DNA of 64,000 bases from positions 544,001 to 608,000 of the forward strand of contig OY969554.1 of the NCBI GenBank assembly GCA_963700985.1, given 5' to 3'. Of the stretch, positions 8,030 through 17,401 are shown piece by piece (positions within the stretch are counted from its first letter, which is position 1; every line of letters begins with the position of its first letter). This DNA comes from an uncultured Chlamydiales bacterium (GTDB taxonomy: Bacteria; Chlamydiota; Chlamydiia; Chlamydiales; Rhabdochlamydiaceae). A program made the translations under genes and the position numbers. The notes beneath the pieces were generated by a model. It was not told the DNA's origin. It did not search any database and saw only the letters and a program-made list of their open reading frames with translations.

Positions 8030-9451
8030 GTGCACGAAGCCGCTGTATCCAAAAAGAGACGTGTCGTTAGCGTCTTTGTACTGGCTATGCTTAATGTCTC
8101 CATTATGGCCAGCCTTAGAAACCTGCCGCTTGTGGCTGAATATGGTTTAAGCATCGTTTTCTACTTCTCTGTAGTAGCTTTCCTCTTTTTAATCCCCTGC
8201 GCGCTTGTATCTGCGGAACTGGCCACAGGTTGGCCGAAGAACGGCGGAATCTATATATGGATTAGAGAAGCTTTAGGAGATCGGTGGGGATTCTTTGGAA
8301 TCTGGATGCAGTGGGTGCATAATGTGGCTTGGTATCCGGTGATTCTTTCTTTTGTTGCCACAACCTTTGCTTATGTAGTAAGCCCAACTCTAGCACAAAA
8401 CAAGGTCTATGTCTTATCGGTGATCTTAGGCAGCTTCTGGGGAATGACTCTCCTTAACTATCTTGGCATCCGCACTTCAAGTCTTTTTAGCACCATGGGT
8501 GTGATTTTGGGTACAATCGGACCTGGAATCTTAATTATTGGGCTTGGTCTTAGCTGGTTAATTGGAGGGAATCCCGCTCAAATTCAATTCACTGCTAGCG
8601 CCATGCTCCCCGACTTATCCAGCGTAGGCAATCTAGTATTTTTATCCGGTCTCTTTTTGGCTTTTGCAGGGCTCGAAGTGACCGCAGCCTTTGCGGGTGA
8701 AGTAGAAAATCCTAAGAAAAACTATCCAAGAGCCATTCTGCTTTCTGCGATTATTACTTTTGGTCTATTTATGTTGGGTTCATTGGCAATTGCGATCGTT
8801 ATTCCGAGAGCTGAGATCAGTTTGGTGGCGGGATTAATGGATGCATTTAAAGTCTTTTTTGAGGCGTATAAATTGGGTTGGATTCTGCCCGCCTTGGGAT
8901 TTCTCTTAATTCTGGGTGCAATTGCAGAAGTCAACTCATGGATCGTAGGCCCAGTAAAAGGATTATATGCGACCTCTGTGCATGGGAATCTCCCTCCTTT
9001 TTTACAAAATCTCAACAAGCACGGCACACCAACACATCTATTACTCTTTCAAGCGATCATTGTCACATTCACTTCGTGCGTATTTCTATTCATGCCCTCT
9101 TTGAGCAGCTCCTATTGGATTTTAAGCGCTATGAGCGCACAAAGTTATCTAATCATGTACATCTTGATGTTCATCTCAGCGATTCGTTTGCGTTACACCA
9201 AACCGAATGTGCCGCGCGTCTATGAAGTTCCCTACAAAACGCGTGGGATGTGGTTTTTCTCAACCGTGGGCATTCTCGCTAGTTTGTTTGCGATCTTTTT
9301 GGGATTTGTTCCCCCTACGCAATTGAATGTTGGGAGCATCTACTTCTATGAGGGATTTTTGATCACAGGTCTTGTGATTATGGTGATTATTCCCATGGTG
9401 ATCTACCGCTTCCGTAAACCTAGCTGGGTCTTAAAAGCACACCGGCATTAA
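8030..9451 (+). CDS. APC-superfamily amino acid permease (GadC-like antiporter)
   Basis: ~12 TM segments; AELATGWPKNGGIYIW, FAGLE, NPKKNYPRAI; GTG start after GGAGG. Confidence 0.88.
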   Translation: MHEAAVSKKRRVVSVFVLAMLNVSIMASLRNLPLVAEYGLSIVFYFSVVAFLFLIPCALVSAELATGWPKNGGIYIWIREALGDRWGFFGIWMQWVHNVAWYPVILSFVATTFAYVVSPTLAQNKVYVLSVILGSFWGMTLLNYLGIRTSSLFSTMGVILGTIGPGILIIGLGLSWLIGGNPAQIQFTASAMLPDLSSVGNLVFLSGLFLAFAGLEVTAAFAGEVENPKKNYPRAILLSAIITFGLFMLGSLAIAIVIPRAEISLVAGLMDAFKVFFEAYKLGWILPALGFLLILGAIAEVNSWIVGPVKGLYATSVHGNLPPFLQNLNKHGTPTHLLLFQAIIVTFTSCVFLFMPSLSSSYWILSAMSAQSYLIMYILMFISAIRLRYTKPNVPRVYEVPYKTRGMWFFSTVGILASLFAIFLGFVPPTQLNVGSIYFYEGFLITGLVIMVIIPMVIYRFRKPSWVLKAHRH

Positions 9452-9462
9452 AGCGTGTAGAT

Positions 9463-9500
9463 AAAAAAAGACCTTCCTGCCGCTTGCGCAGCAGGAAGGT
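9463..9500. terminator. Intrinsic terminator (U-tract on minus strand, likely bidirectional)
   Basis: ACCTTCCTGC / GCAGGAAGGT 10-bp stem with an A-run to the left. Confidence 0.75.
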
Positions 9501-9506
9501 GGGAAA

Positions 9507-9663
9507 CCATTTTTTTCTCAGGCCAGATTGCTCTTAGGCTGCTAATGAAGCACGACCTATGAGCTTGGACCTCTATTAGAGGCCTTGGTACCCTGAGAAT
9601 TCGTTGGCAGTTAAACGGCTAGCGGAGAAGATCTCGACACTAACCCCCGGCCTCAGAAAATGG
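9507..9663 (-). ncRNA. Candidate 6S-like (SsrS) rod-shaped RNA
   Basis: Non-coding GC-richer stretch whose ends pair (minus strand UUUUCUGAGGCCGG / CUGGCCUGAGAAAA, G-U pairs favour minus strand); inner stems and apical CCUCU-AAU-AGAGG hairpin; flanked by promoter and terminator. Confidence 0.5.
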
Positions 9664-9696
9664 CTTCAGTGGTGAGGGGTAACTCCCTCTATCTTT

Positions 9697-9725
9697 AAAC
9701 TATCATTAAAGAATTAATTTAACAA
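9697..9725 (-). promoter_or_regulatory. Putative sigma66/sigma70-type promoter of the candidate ncRNA
   Basis: Minus strand TTGTTA-17 nt-TAGTTT. Confidence 0.45.
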
Positions 9726-9756
9726 GCCCCTGAAATCACAAGCCACTAATACTTAA

Positions 9757-10698
9757 TTAATTAAAAATTTGCGAGGCTATTTCGGGGCCACCCACGGCTG
9801 AGAGGTAGTTGAGAACTGCCTCAGTACGCTCACGAACTTGAGGATGATTCAAACTTCCAAACCAGACTCCCCATTGAATGTCGTCTTGAGGAGCATTAGC
9901 TTGTGTAGACATGATTGAAAAAGCCAGCCACCCCCCTTTTATGGTCTTAAAAAGATAGGTAGCACCGATCATATCCGGCTCGATTTTAGAACAATTCAAC
10001 ACATGATCTACCAGTGAGTGTGCGTACTTGGCTCTTGCTGCATCGTAGATCTGAAGTTGTTCAGGTGTGCGCTTTTCTCGCCCGCCTTGCGGATAGGTTA
10101 CATAAAGCACTGCGCCTTTTTCTAAATAATCGCGGATAACACTTGGGCGCTCTTGTACGGTATAAAGGCGTTTGAGATCTTCTTCCATCGAACGATCGAC
10201 AGGGCTGGGCATAATCTCGCCTTTAGTGCACAGCGGCGTAGCGGGCGTAGGTGTGTGAATCACGCCCACTAAATGCACAATCTCATGTTTCTGAAAAAAA
10301 TAGGCCAGCGTGCGTTCAATCTCAGCTTGGGCGCCTACAAAGGGAGGACGCACTTCTGCATCTTTACCTGTGCGTAAAACCAGCCCTGTCGCTTGGAGTT
10401 CTTTTAAAAGAGCGAGAATTTCAGGTTTGGCATTCGACTTGCCAATTTCAGTGATCTGTTTAACCTCTTCTAAAAAGTCATAGGCAAACATATCTGTGGG
10501 AATAGGAAGGTAATTATGACAGATCTCACTTAAACAGATCTTGGGATGTTGCAGAAAACTTGTTCGCGAAGAATAGGCAAAGTGATGGTAAAGAGTTGCA
10601 CCGATTATGAGTGTAATTAACCCACCTGAAAAAAGCAGGTTTGTACGTAGAGAAAAAGAAGTCGCAGGTTTAGTGCTGCGCGAGTGTTTCTGTGGCAT
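9757..10698 (-). CDS. Hypothetical protein with N-terminal membrane anchor
   Basis: 313-aa ORF overlapping the ispG end; single hydrophobic segment at aa 20-38. Confidence 0.7.
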   Translation of the reverse strand: MPQKHSRSTKPATSFSLRTNLLFSGGLITLIIGATLYHHFAYSSRTSFLQHPKICLSEICHNYLPIPTDMFAYDFLEEVKQITEIGKSNAKPEILALLKELQATGLVLRTGKDAEVRPPFVGAQAEIERTLAYFFQKHEIVHLVGVIHTPTPATPLCTKGEIMPSPVDRSMEEDLKRLYTVQERPSVIRDYLEKGAVLYVTYPQGGREKRTPEQLQIYDAARAKYAHSLVDHVLNCSKIEPDMIGATYLFKTIKGGWLAFSIMSTQANAPQDDIQWGVWFGSLNHPQVRERTEAVLNYLSAVGGPEIASQIFN

Positions 10699-12592
10699 TT
10701 TCTTCAGGCTCCACCCAACGGTTATGTGCTTTAATTAGGGCAATGAGACGCTCATCGGCACCGACAAAATCGATATCGCGTTCGACGCACGTTTTGCCAA
10801 CATAGAGATCGACTTTTCCGGTCTTAGACCCCACATAGCCAAAATCTGCATCGGCCATCTCGCCAGGCCCGTTGACAATGCAGCCCATGATGGCAATCTT
10901 AACACCTGGCAGATGCGAAGTTTTAGCACGGATCTGCTTGGTTACGGTCTGCAACTCAAAAAGAGTGCGGCCACAGCCAGGGCATGAGATAAATTCGGTC
11001 TTTGAAGTGCGCATACGCACGGCCTGCAGAATGTTGAAACTGAGACCACGCATGAAATCGATCTCACAAGGCGTGTGTAAGCAGAGTCCTTCACCTAGGC
11101 TATCTGCTAGCAACGCTCCGCATTCGGCTGAAGCGTGAATCACTAGATCTTCAGGTGAGCAGGTATAAGTGAAGTTCAGCAATACAGGAATTTCTAATCC
11201 TTCGCGTTTGAGCCATTCAAAAAAATGACGGCTGGCATGCAAAGGTGAGTTTTTTGGTGCCAATAGAATGAAAGCCGGGCGCATTGTAGCTAAACGCTTC
11301 CACTCTTCTTCCTTATCGCTTGTCACTCTCACCACGCTATTAAAATCGGCATCCAGAGCCTCATTTAGGTCTTTGAGAAGAAGTGTATCTGGAATATGAG
11401 GAGAGCGTGTGATCATGCCAATTCCTGCACGCACCAGCTTTTGCACCATATTTAGATGCTTTTCATCGGCAGGCAGCTCATCAATTAAGAGCGCATCAGG
11501 TGTTGCACGGGTGCGCACAACGAGGCCTAGCTGCACTTTGCATCCTAGCTGAGTAAAGAGATCTTCACGGTGTAAATCAGCCGCTTTTAGCGGAAGGAGC
11601 ACTGAGCCATCGCGGTGCAAAGGGCCATCTTCACGGAGAAGAACTTTACGACGAACGATGTTGTCGATTGAGCGATGCGTTTCTTCAAAGGGCGCAATTC
11701 CTTTGCCTCGGTAGCCCTCAAAGAAGCGATTAAGCCGTTTGCAGGGGTCGATCTCTTCCCAAGGGTCTTCAGTGAGTGAGACACGGATCGTGTCGCCTAA
11801 GCCATCTAGGAGCAGCGCGCCGATGCCGACAGCCGACTTAACTCTGCCATCTTCACCCTCTCCTGCCTCAGTTACACCGAGATGGAGTGGGTAATCCCAC
11901 CCGAGCTTGATCATCTCAGCCACGAGCAGGCGATAGGCTTGCATCATCACTAGCGGATTGCTAGCTTTCATAGAGAAGATAATTTCATGATAATCATACT
12001 TTCGACAGACGCGCGCAAATTCAAGCGCCGATTCAACCATACCAAAAGGCGTATCGCCATAGCGATTCATGATGCGATCAGAAAGCGAGCCGTGATTTGT
12101 GCCAATGCGCATTGAACGTTTCAGGCGTTTACACTTTTCAATCAGCGGTGCAAACCCTTCTTCGATCTTCTCAATCTCGTCTTGATATGACGCATCATCG
12201 TATTCAAGTGTTTTAAAGGTAGCTCGCTTATCGACAAAATTGCCGGGATTAACGCGCACTTTGTCGACAAAATCGGCCACACGCATAGCTGCAGGTGGAT
12301 AGAAGTGGATATCAGCCACTAGTGGAATCTCATAGCCGCGTTTTAGCAGGCCATTTTTGATGCCTTCGCATGCATCCGCCTCTTTCATGCCCTGCACAGT
12401 TACACGAGCAATCTCGCAGCCTACATCAGCCAGGCGCATGATCTGTTCCACCGTGGCATCGACATCACGTGTGCTCGAAGTGGTCATCGACTGCAGACGG
12501 ATAGGATTATCTCCTCCAACGCCTACATTGCCAACTTTTACTTCGCGCGTTTTCCAGCGGCGAGTTTGATAGATCAGCTCATTGTATATCAT
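10670..12592 (-). CDS. ispG: (E)-4-hydroxy-3-methylbut-2-enyl-diphosphate synthase, long chlamydial/plant type
   Basis: QSMT, PLVADIHF, RVNPGN, RIGTNHGSLS, LHLGVTEAG, SCPGCGRT, MGCIVNGPGE; central insertion domain. Confidence 0.97.
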   Translation of the reverse strand: MIYNELIYQTRRWKTREVKVGNVGVGGDNPIRLQSMTTSSTRDVDATVEQIMRLADVGCEIARVTVQGMKEADACEGIKNGLLKRGYEIPLVADIHFYPPAAMRVADFVDKVRVNPGNFVDKRATFKTLEYDDASYQDEIEKIEEGFAPLIEKCKRLKRSMRIGTNHGSLSDRIMNRYGDTPFGMVESALEFARVCRKYDYHEIIFSMKASNPLVMMQAYRLLVAEMIKLGWDYPLHLGVTEAGEGEDGRVKSAVGIGALLLDGLGDTIRVSLTEDPWEEIDPCKRLNRFFEGYRGKGIAPFEETHRSIDNIVRRKVLLREDGPLHRDGSVLLPLKAADLHREDLFTQLGCKVQLGLVVRTRATPDALLIDELPADEKHLNMVQKLVRAGIGMITRSPHIPDTLLLKDLNEALDADFNSVVRVTSDKEEEWKRLATMRPAFILLAPKNSPLHASRHFFEWLKREGLEIPVLLNFTYTCSPEDLVIHASAECGALLADSLGEGLCLHTPCEIDFMRGLSFNILQAVRMRTSKTEFISCPGCGRTLFELQTVTKQIRAKTSHLPGVKIAIMGCIVNGPGEMADADFGYVGSKTGKVDLYVGKTCVERDIDFVGADERLIALIKAHNRWVEPEENATETLAQH

Positions 12593-12667
12593 GGCAAAAG
12601 ATTATATAAATTTTGTTATCAAAATCCTATTCAAATATGCTACATAAGATAAGAAACATCTATTTTT

Positions 12668-14212
12668 ATGCATTCTAAAATTTTCTTCACATCTCTTCTG
12701 GCTGTTTTACTCGCTCTTTGCGGCTGTAGCACCAATCCCGTAACAGGCAGATCAGAGCTAATGCTCCTCTCGGAAGAGCAAGAAGTGCTTATCGGAGAGC
12801 AAAACTACAAGTTTATGCAGCAAGCCGAAGGGGGTGATTATGTCACCGATTCAGATGTGCAAAAATATGTCGAAAGAGTGGGAATGCGCCTGGCAAAGGT
12901 CAGCGATCGTCCCCACCTCCCCTACGAATTTGTGGTGCTTAACAATTCGATTCCCAATGCCTGGTCTCTACCTGGCGGAAAGATCGCCATCTATCGTGGG
13001 CTTTTGCAAGAGCTAAATAGCGAGGCAGAGCTTGCCGCCGTTCTTGGGCATGAAATCGTACACAGCGCTGCTCGCCACACCGCTCAAAGAATGCAGCGCG
13101 GCATGCTGCTTGAAACAGGGATGATTGGCCTTTCAGATCTCTTTGAAGGCCACAAATATGAAGATCTACTCATTCAAGGTGCAGGCATTGGAGCGGGCAT
13201 CATCTTTTTTAAATATAGTCGGGAAGATGAGCGCGAAGCTGACCTCTATGGAATTAAATATATGGTAGCGGCGGGCTATGACCCGCAAGCTGCGGTAGAG
13301 CTGCAACGCACATTTGTCAGACTTGCAAATGAACGCGGGGGAAATAACGACTGGCTCTCGGGTCTGTTCGCTTCACATCCTCCTTCAACTGAACGTTTGG
13401 AAAACAACCGCATCGCCGCAGCAACTTATCCTCCGGGCGGCATGTTAGGAACTAAAGAATATGCTCACGCCATGACCCGACTTAAGAAAGACAAGCCGGC
13501 CTATGACAATCTCGATCATGGATATTTGGCACTCGTAAAAGGGAATTCTAAAGAAGCTCTCTCGCTCGCAGAGCGTGGCATCAAAATCGAGCCTAAAGAA
13601 GCGCACCTGTTTAACCTCAAAGGCAAAGCTGAGCTCGCGCTTGGACAAACCCAAGATGCTCTCGGCTCATTTAATCGAGCACTCACCTTAAATTCAAACT
13701 ACTTTGACTTCTATCTGCAAAAGGGATTGCTTGAGTATCAGTTGCAAAGCTTAGACTCCGCTGAAATTGATTTAAAAAAGAGCATCGATCTTCTGCCTAC
13801 CGCCGATGCATATAATGTGCTGGGTAATATCGCCTTAAAGCGTGGCAGAAAAGAGGAGGCCCTTGAATATTTCCGCATTGCCGAAGCATCCTCTGGATCT
13901 GCCGGTATTTCTGCTCGCGCAAGCGCTAAGAAATTAGAAGGAACTCAGAATGCGCAATCCAAAGTCTTAGTTGAAGTTGAGCTCACTTCTACTGGCACAT
14001 TGAATTTCTATATCGAAAACCTCTCTCGCCAAACCATCCAAGAGCTCATCATAGATCTGACTTTTTATGACAAACAGCATAGGGTGCATGGCCAGCAGCG
14101 AGTGCGCATCGTCGACGCCATCCCAGCAGGAGAAAAGTTCTTTTTCCCTTCTTCCTTGCATGCCCCTTCAGGCACCTTTTTCGCAGAAGCTATTCTACTC
14201 AGCTTTAATTAG
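12668..14212 (+). CDS. M48 metalloprotease lipoprotein with TPR repeats (BepA/YfgC-like)
   Basis: Lipobox-like LCGC; NAWSLPGG, HEIVH zinc motif, YSREDEREAD, SHP; C-terminal TPRs. Confidence 0.9.
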   Translation: MHSKIFFTSLLAVLLALCGCSTNPVTGRSELMLLSEEQEVLIGEQNYKFMQQAEGGDYVTDSDVQKYVERVGMRLAKVSDRPHLPYEFVVLNNSIPNAWSLPGGKIAIYRGLLQELNSEAELAAVLGHEIVHSAARHTAQRMQRGMLLETGMIGLSDLFEGHKYEDLLIQGAGIGAGIIFFKYSREDEREADLYGIKYMVAAGYDPQAAVELQRTFVRLANERGGNNDWLSGLFASHPPSTERLENNRIAAATYPPGGMLGTKEYAHAMTRLKKDKPAYDNLDHGYLALVKGNSKEALSLAERGIKIEPKEAHLFNLKGKAELALGQTQDALGSFNRALTLNSNYFDFYLQKGLLEYQLQSLDSAEIDLKKSIDLLPTADAYNVLGNIALKRGRKEEALEYFRIAEASSGSAGISARASAKKLEGTQNAQSKVLVEVELTSTGTLNFYIENLSRQTIQELIIDLTFYDKQHRVHGQQRVRIVDAIPAGEKFFFPSSLHAPSGTFFAEAILLSFN

Positions 14213-14293
14213 TTACGTTATTAAATTAAATATTGAATTATTAATTCAATTTATGTATAATATTTAATATAATTAATTAATGGAGAAATAGAA

Positions 14294-14737
14294 ATGTCAA
14301 CTTTTAGACCAATAACAGCTTCTCAGTCCTTTACCTATGGGGAAACTGAACATAAAACCCCTCCAACAAAAACCAAGAATACACCTAGCTTAAGAGAGGG
14401 CCATCCTACATTAGCTCAGCGAACTTTAACGGCCAGAAAATTAAACGGACGCCTTTCTCCTATGGAGAAAAAAATTTACACTTTAGATTTACAACACAGC
14501 AAAAAAACAAAGGATTCAAACGCACTGTTACTAGCTTGCGCGAGTTACATTTTAGAATCGGATGATTTTGATAAAGCTGATGCCAAAACATTAATCTTTT
14601 GGATCAAAGATAAGATCTACAGCACTCCTTCGATTACAATTCAGTCGGCTAGGTTAGCCTGTGCAGCTTATAACCGTTGTAATCACGCTCTCGGTCGAAA
14701 ACCGCTCGAATTATCTAGTTTTTTAGGCGAAAACTGA
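14294..14737 (+). CDS. Hypothetical protein
   Basis: GGAG RBS; Thr/Pro-rich N-terminus; AT-rich upstream region. Confidence 0.6.
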   Translation: MSTFRPITASQSFTYGETEHKTPPTKTKNTPSLREGHPTLAQRTLTARKLNGRLSPMEKKIYTLDLQHSKKTKDSNALLLACASYILESDDFDKADAKTLIFWIKDKIYSTPSITIQSARLACAAYNRCNHALGRKPLELSSFLGEN

Positions 14738-14741
14738 AAAG

Positions 14742-15566
14742 CTAATAGTCGAAGTCAGACCACTCAGTTTTACAATAACGGATGTTTTTGTTTAATCCGT
14801 CTATTTGCGCCATCTCAGCATTTGTCAATACGAAATCGAAGATGGCCAGGTTTTCTTTCAAATGCGCCTCAGATGAGGCTTTTGGAATCGTCGGAATCTG
14901 CTTCTGGATCAGCCAGCGCAGGATGACTTGAGCTGGGGTTTTTTGATGCCTTTTGCCGATCTCTTCAAATATCGGTTCATTTACAAGCTTTCCCTTTCCA
15001 AGCGGGCGATAGCTTTGTAACACAATCTTCTGCTTTTTGCAAAACTCCCAGAGCTCTTTTTGATAAAGATAAGGATGAAACTCCACTTGATTGACATGCA
15101 CTTGAATGCCAGCATCGATAAAGTCTTGGAGGTGATGGATGGTGCAATTGCACACGCCGATGCTACGAAGTTTACCCTCTTTAATCAGGCCTTGCATTCT
15201 CTTAAGGATCTCAATCATGGGCAAAGAGCGATCAGGCCAGTGCAAAAGATAGAGATCGATATATGAAGTATTGAGCTCCTTTAAGGCAAGCTCGCAGGCT
15301 TTTTCTATGCTTGTGACTACGTGCTCTCGGTTGATTTGGCCAAGCGAGAGCTTAGTCGTTAAAAATAGACTCTCTCTGGCTACGCCCTTGATCCCTTCTG
15401 CAATCACTCGATGATTTCCATACAGATGCGCAGTATCGAGAAGCCTATAACCTAGCTCAAGCGCGTTTCGCACTTCTTTGGCGCTCTCTAAATGGTAAGT
15501 GCCTAACCCCAAAAGAGGCATCTTCTGTACATTGGCTAATGAAACCGTCTGCATAGAATCACCCAT
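14742..15566 (-). CDS. Aldo/keto reductase
   Basis: GLGTY, GYRLLDTAHLY, DLYLLHWP, NQVEFHPY, QVILRW, IPKA. Confidence 0.95.
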   Translation of the reverse strand: MGDSMQTVSLANVQKMPLLGLGTYHLESAKEVRNALELGYRLLDTAHLYGNHRVIAEGIKGVARESLFLTTKLSLGQINREHVVTSIEKACELALKELNTSYIDLYLLHWPDRSLPMIEILKRMQGLIKEGKLRSIGVCNCTIHHLQDFIDAGIQVHVNQVEFHPYLYQKELWEFCKKQKIVLQSYRPLGKGKLVNEPIFEEIGKRHQKTPAQVILRWLIQKQIPTIPKASSEAHLKENLAIFDFVLTNAEMAQIDGLNKNIRYCKTEWSDFDY

Positions 15567-15685
15567 AAACTGCGCCTTCCTCTTAGCCTTTTATATGCCA
15601 AGATTTGGTTTAACATTTATATTTTATAAGAGCAATTAGAGAAGATGAGCTTGTTCAGCAAGGAGAAAAAGGAGATTTGTGGTTT

Positions 15686-16624
15686 CTAAAAACTAAGTTT
15701 TTTATCTAGAATTAATTTGGCTTCATTAATGCACTGGGTAATTGCCTCTGCCTCTTTTCTCCAATCGCGATTTCTATCCGGATGCACTGCCATGGAAGCC
15801 TTTCTAAAAGCTTTTTTTAAACTCGCTTCAGTAGGACGTTCAGCCACGTCCAAAAGCACATGCGGGGGTGAGCGATCGCGAACAAGCTGGCGATATTTTT
15901 TGTAGTCATCCGTGCGCTCTCCCGTGTCACGAGTCAAAAGCTCTTGATTTTGTCCTAAGAGAACTTCCCATTTATCATTATCACTATATGGTGCTCGAGG
16001 CTGTTCGCTTCCTGTTCCAAAATTAGCATAAGGAATGCCGCCCCTTGGGAACCCTCCAAAGAAGTCGTCTCCAAAATTAGCATTAAAAAAGTTTCCTGTC
16101 CCAGCAGAGCCGGGAAACCCTTTGAATGCCTCGTCGAATTTTTGTCTCAATTCTTCTTGTGCACGCTGGCGTTTTATTTCTGCATTTTTTTCGTGAAAAG
16201 TTGAGGCAGGATTTGGAAGAAGGAGCGCGTAAATAAGCGGAATTGCGATGAAGCATGTAAGGCCTGCGTCCAACTCGCCGTCAAGAATTAAAGTGGCGCC
16301 AAAGACAATTCCAGCTGCAGCAAGTGCTCCCCAAACAAAATAATGGAGGTCGGTGAGAATAGCTTGAGCAAGTTCTTCTATTTCCACCCAATTAAGCCCG
16401 CCAAATTCACAATCTCCTACAAGGATGGTGAAGATTTTTACACATAGTTCGCCGGTGTGCCAGAGCATACCTGCTGGGGCCGCGGTTACTGCAATGCCCA
16501 TTGTAACTGCCGCTTTTGTGTAGCCATCGAAATTCATCTCAAATGCTTCCTCGGCAAGAATTGAGCGAAGACAATTGGTGCGTCTGAGATAATCAAAAGC
16601 TTGATCCGAGAATGCAGCGATCAT
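15686..16624 (-). CDS. Membrane protein with G/F-rich linker and C-terminal J-domain
   Basis: LKKAFRKASMAVHPDRN...INEAKLIL (HPD motif) at C-terminus; hydrophobic hairpin at aa 95-137. Confidence 0.8.
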   Translation of the reverse strand: MIAAFSDQAFDYLRRTNCLRSILAEEAFEMNFDGYTKAAVTMGIAVTAAPAGMLWHTGELCVKIFTILVGDCEFGGLNWVEIEELAQAILTDLHYFVWGALAAAGIVFGATLILDGELDAGLTCFIAIPLIYALLLPNPASTFHEKNAEIKRQRAQEELRQKFDEAFKGFPGSAGTGNFFNANFGDDFFGGFPRGGIPYANFGTGSEQPRAPYSDNDKWEVLLGQNQELLTRDTGERTDDYKKYRQLVRDRSPPHVLLDVAERPTEASLKKAFRKASMAVHPDRNRDWRKEAEAITQCINEAKLILDKKLSF

Positions 16625-16723
16625 TACAATTCCTAAAAAATAATTCTTAAAATTTTAGCATATTTTTCCCTGTTCTTCAAATAAAATATCTGCTTACAAA
16701 ACTAATCAAAAAATTAAAATATT

Positions 16724-17401
16724 CTATCGTGTTTGGATGTAAACATCGGCTTTTCCCCAGGGAAAAGAAGCTCTAAAACTTTCTTTTACAGGGAAGGAGA
16801 GCGGGTCGCAATAGATTGCGATTGGAAAGCTAACAGATACGATTTTTGTGCCAGGAGCAAGCTGTTTAAATTTTTCAATCAGCTTTAAGATGACTTGGTC
16901 TTCAAGAGATGTTCCGTATAGATAGATAATGGTAGCTTTAGAAAGATCAGCTTCCAAGATGTGCTGACAGCTGAAGCCGACATTAGAAAGGTCTTTGGCA
17001 ATTTGATTGCCGCTGTTGGTGAATTCTTCAATCCAATCGATTCCAACAGCGCTGCACCCATAACGTTGAGCAAAAAAGAAAACGCCGCGCCCTCTTCCGC
17101 ATCCGAGATCGATAAAATGATCGCTTACTGAAACTTGGCAGCGCTTACCGATCTCTTCGAAAACAGTTAGAGGTGTCTCTCCGTAAGCATAGATGTCTTT
17201 GTGGCCCTTTTGCGTCAGAAACTCTTTGCTGATTTGAAAAGGATCACGCTTAGCATAGGCCTCTTTGAGGGCTAAATCGGATTGTTTAAAGCTGGGATTA
17301 AGATAAAGCCGCGTGCGTACATAGCGCTCTTCAATCCACGTACGGAGTTTTACGATGAGTGCTAAAAACGGCAGATAGAAAATTTCACCAATTGATTTCA
17401 T
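16724..17401 (-). CDS. Class I SAM-dependent methyltransferase, DOT1-like
   Basis: YGET, FIDLGCGRGR, GID, IIYLY motifs. Confidence 0.8.
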   Translation of the reverse strand: MKSIGEIFYLPFLALIVKLRTWIEERYVRTRLYLNPSFKQSDLALKEAYAKRDPFQISKEFLTQKGHKDIYAYGETPLTVFEEIGKRCQVSVSDHFIDLGCGRGRGVFFFAQRYGCSAVGIDWIEEFTNSGNQIAKDLSNVGFSCQHILEADLSKATIIYLYGTSLEDQVILKLIEKFKQLAPGTKIVSVSFPIAIYCDPLSFPVKESFRASFPWGKADVYIQTR

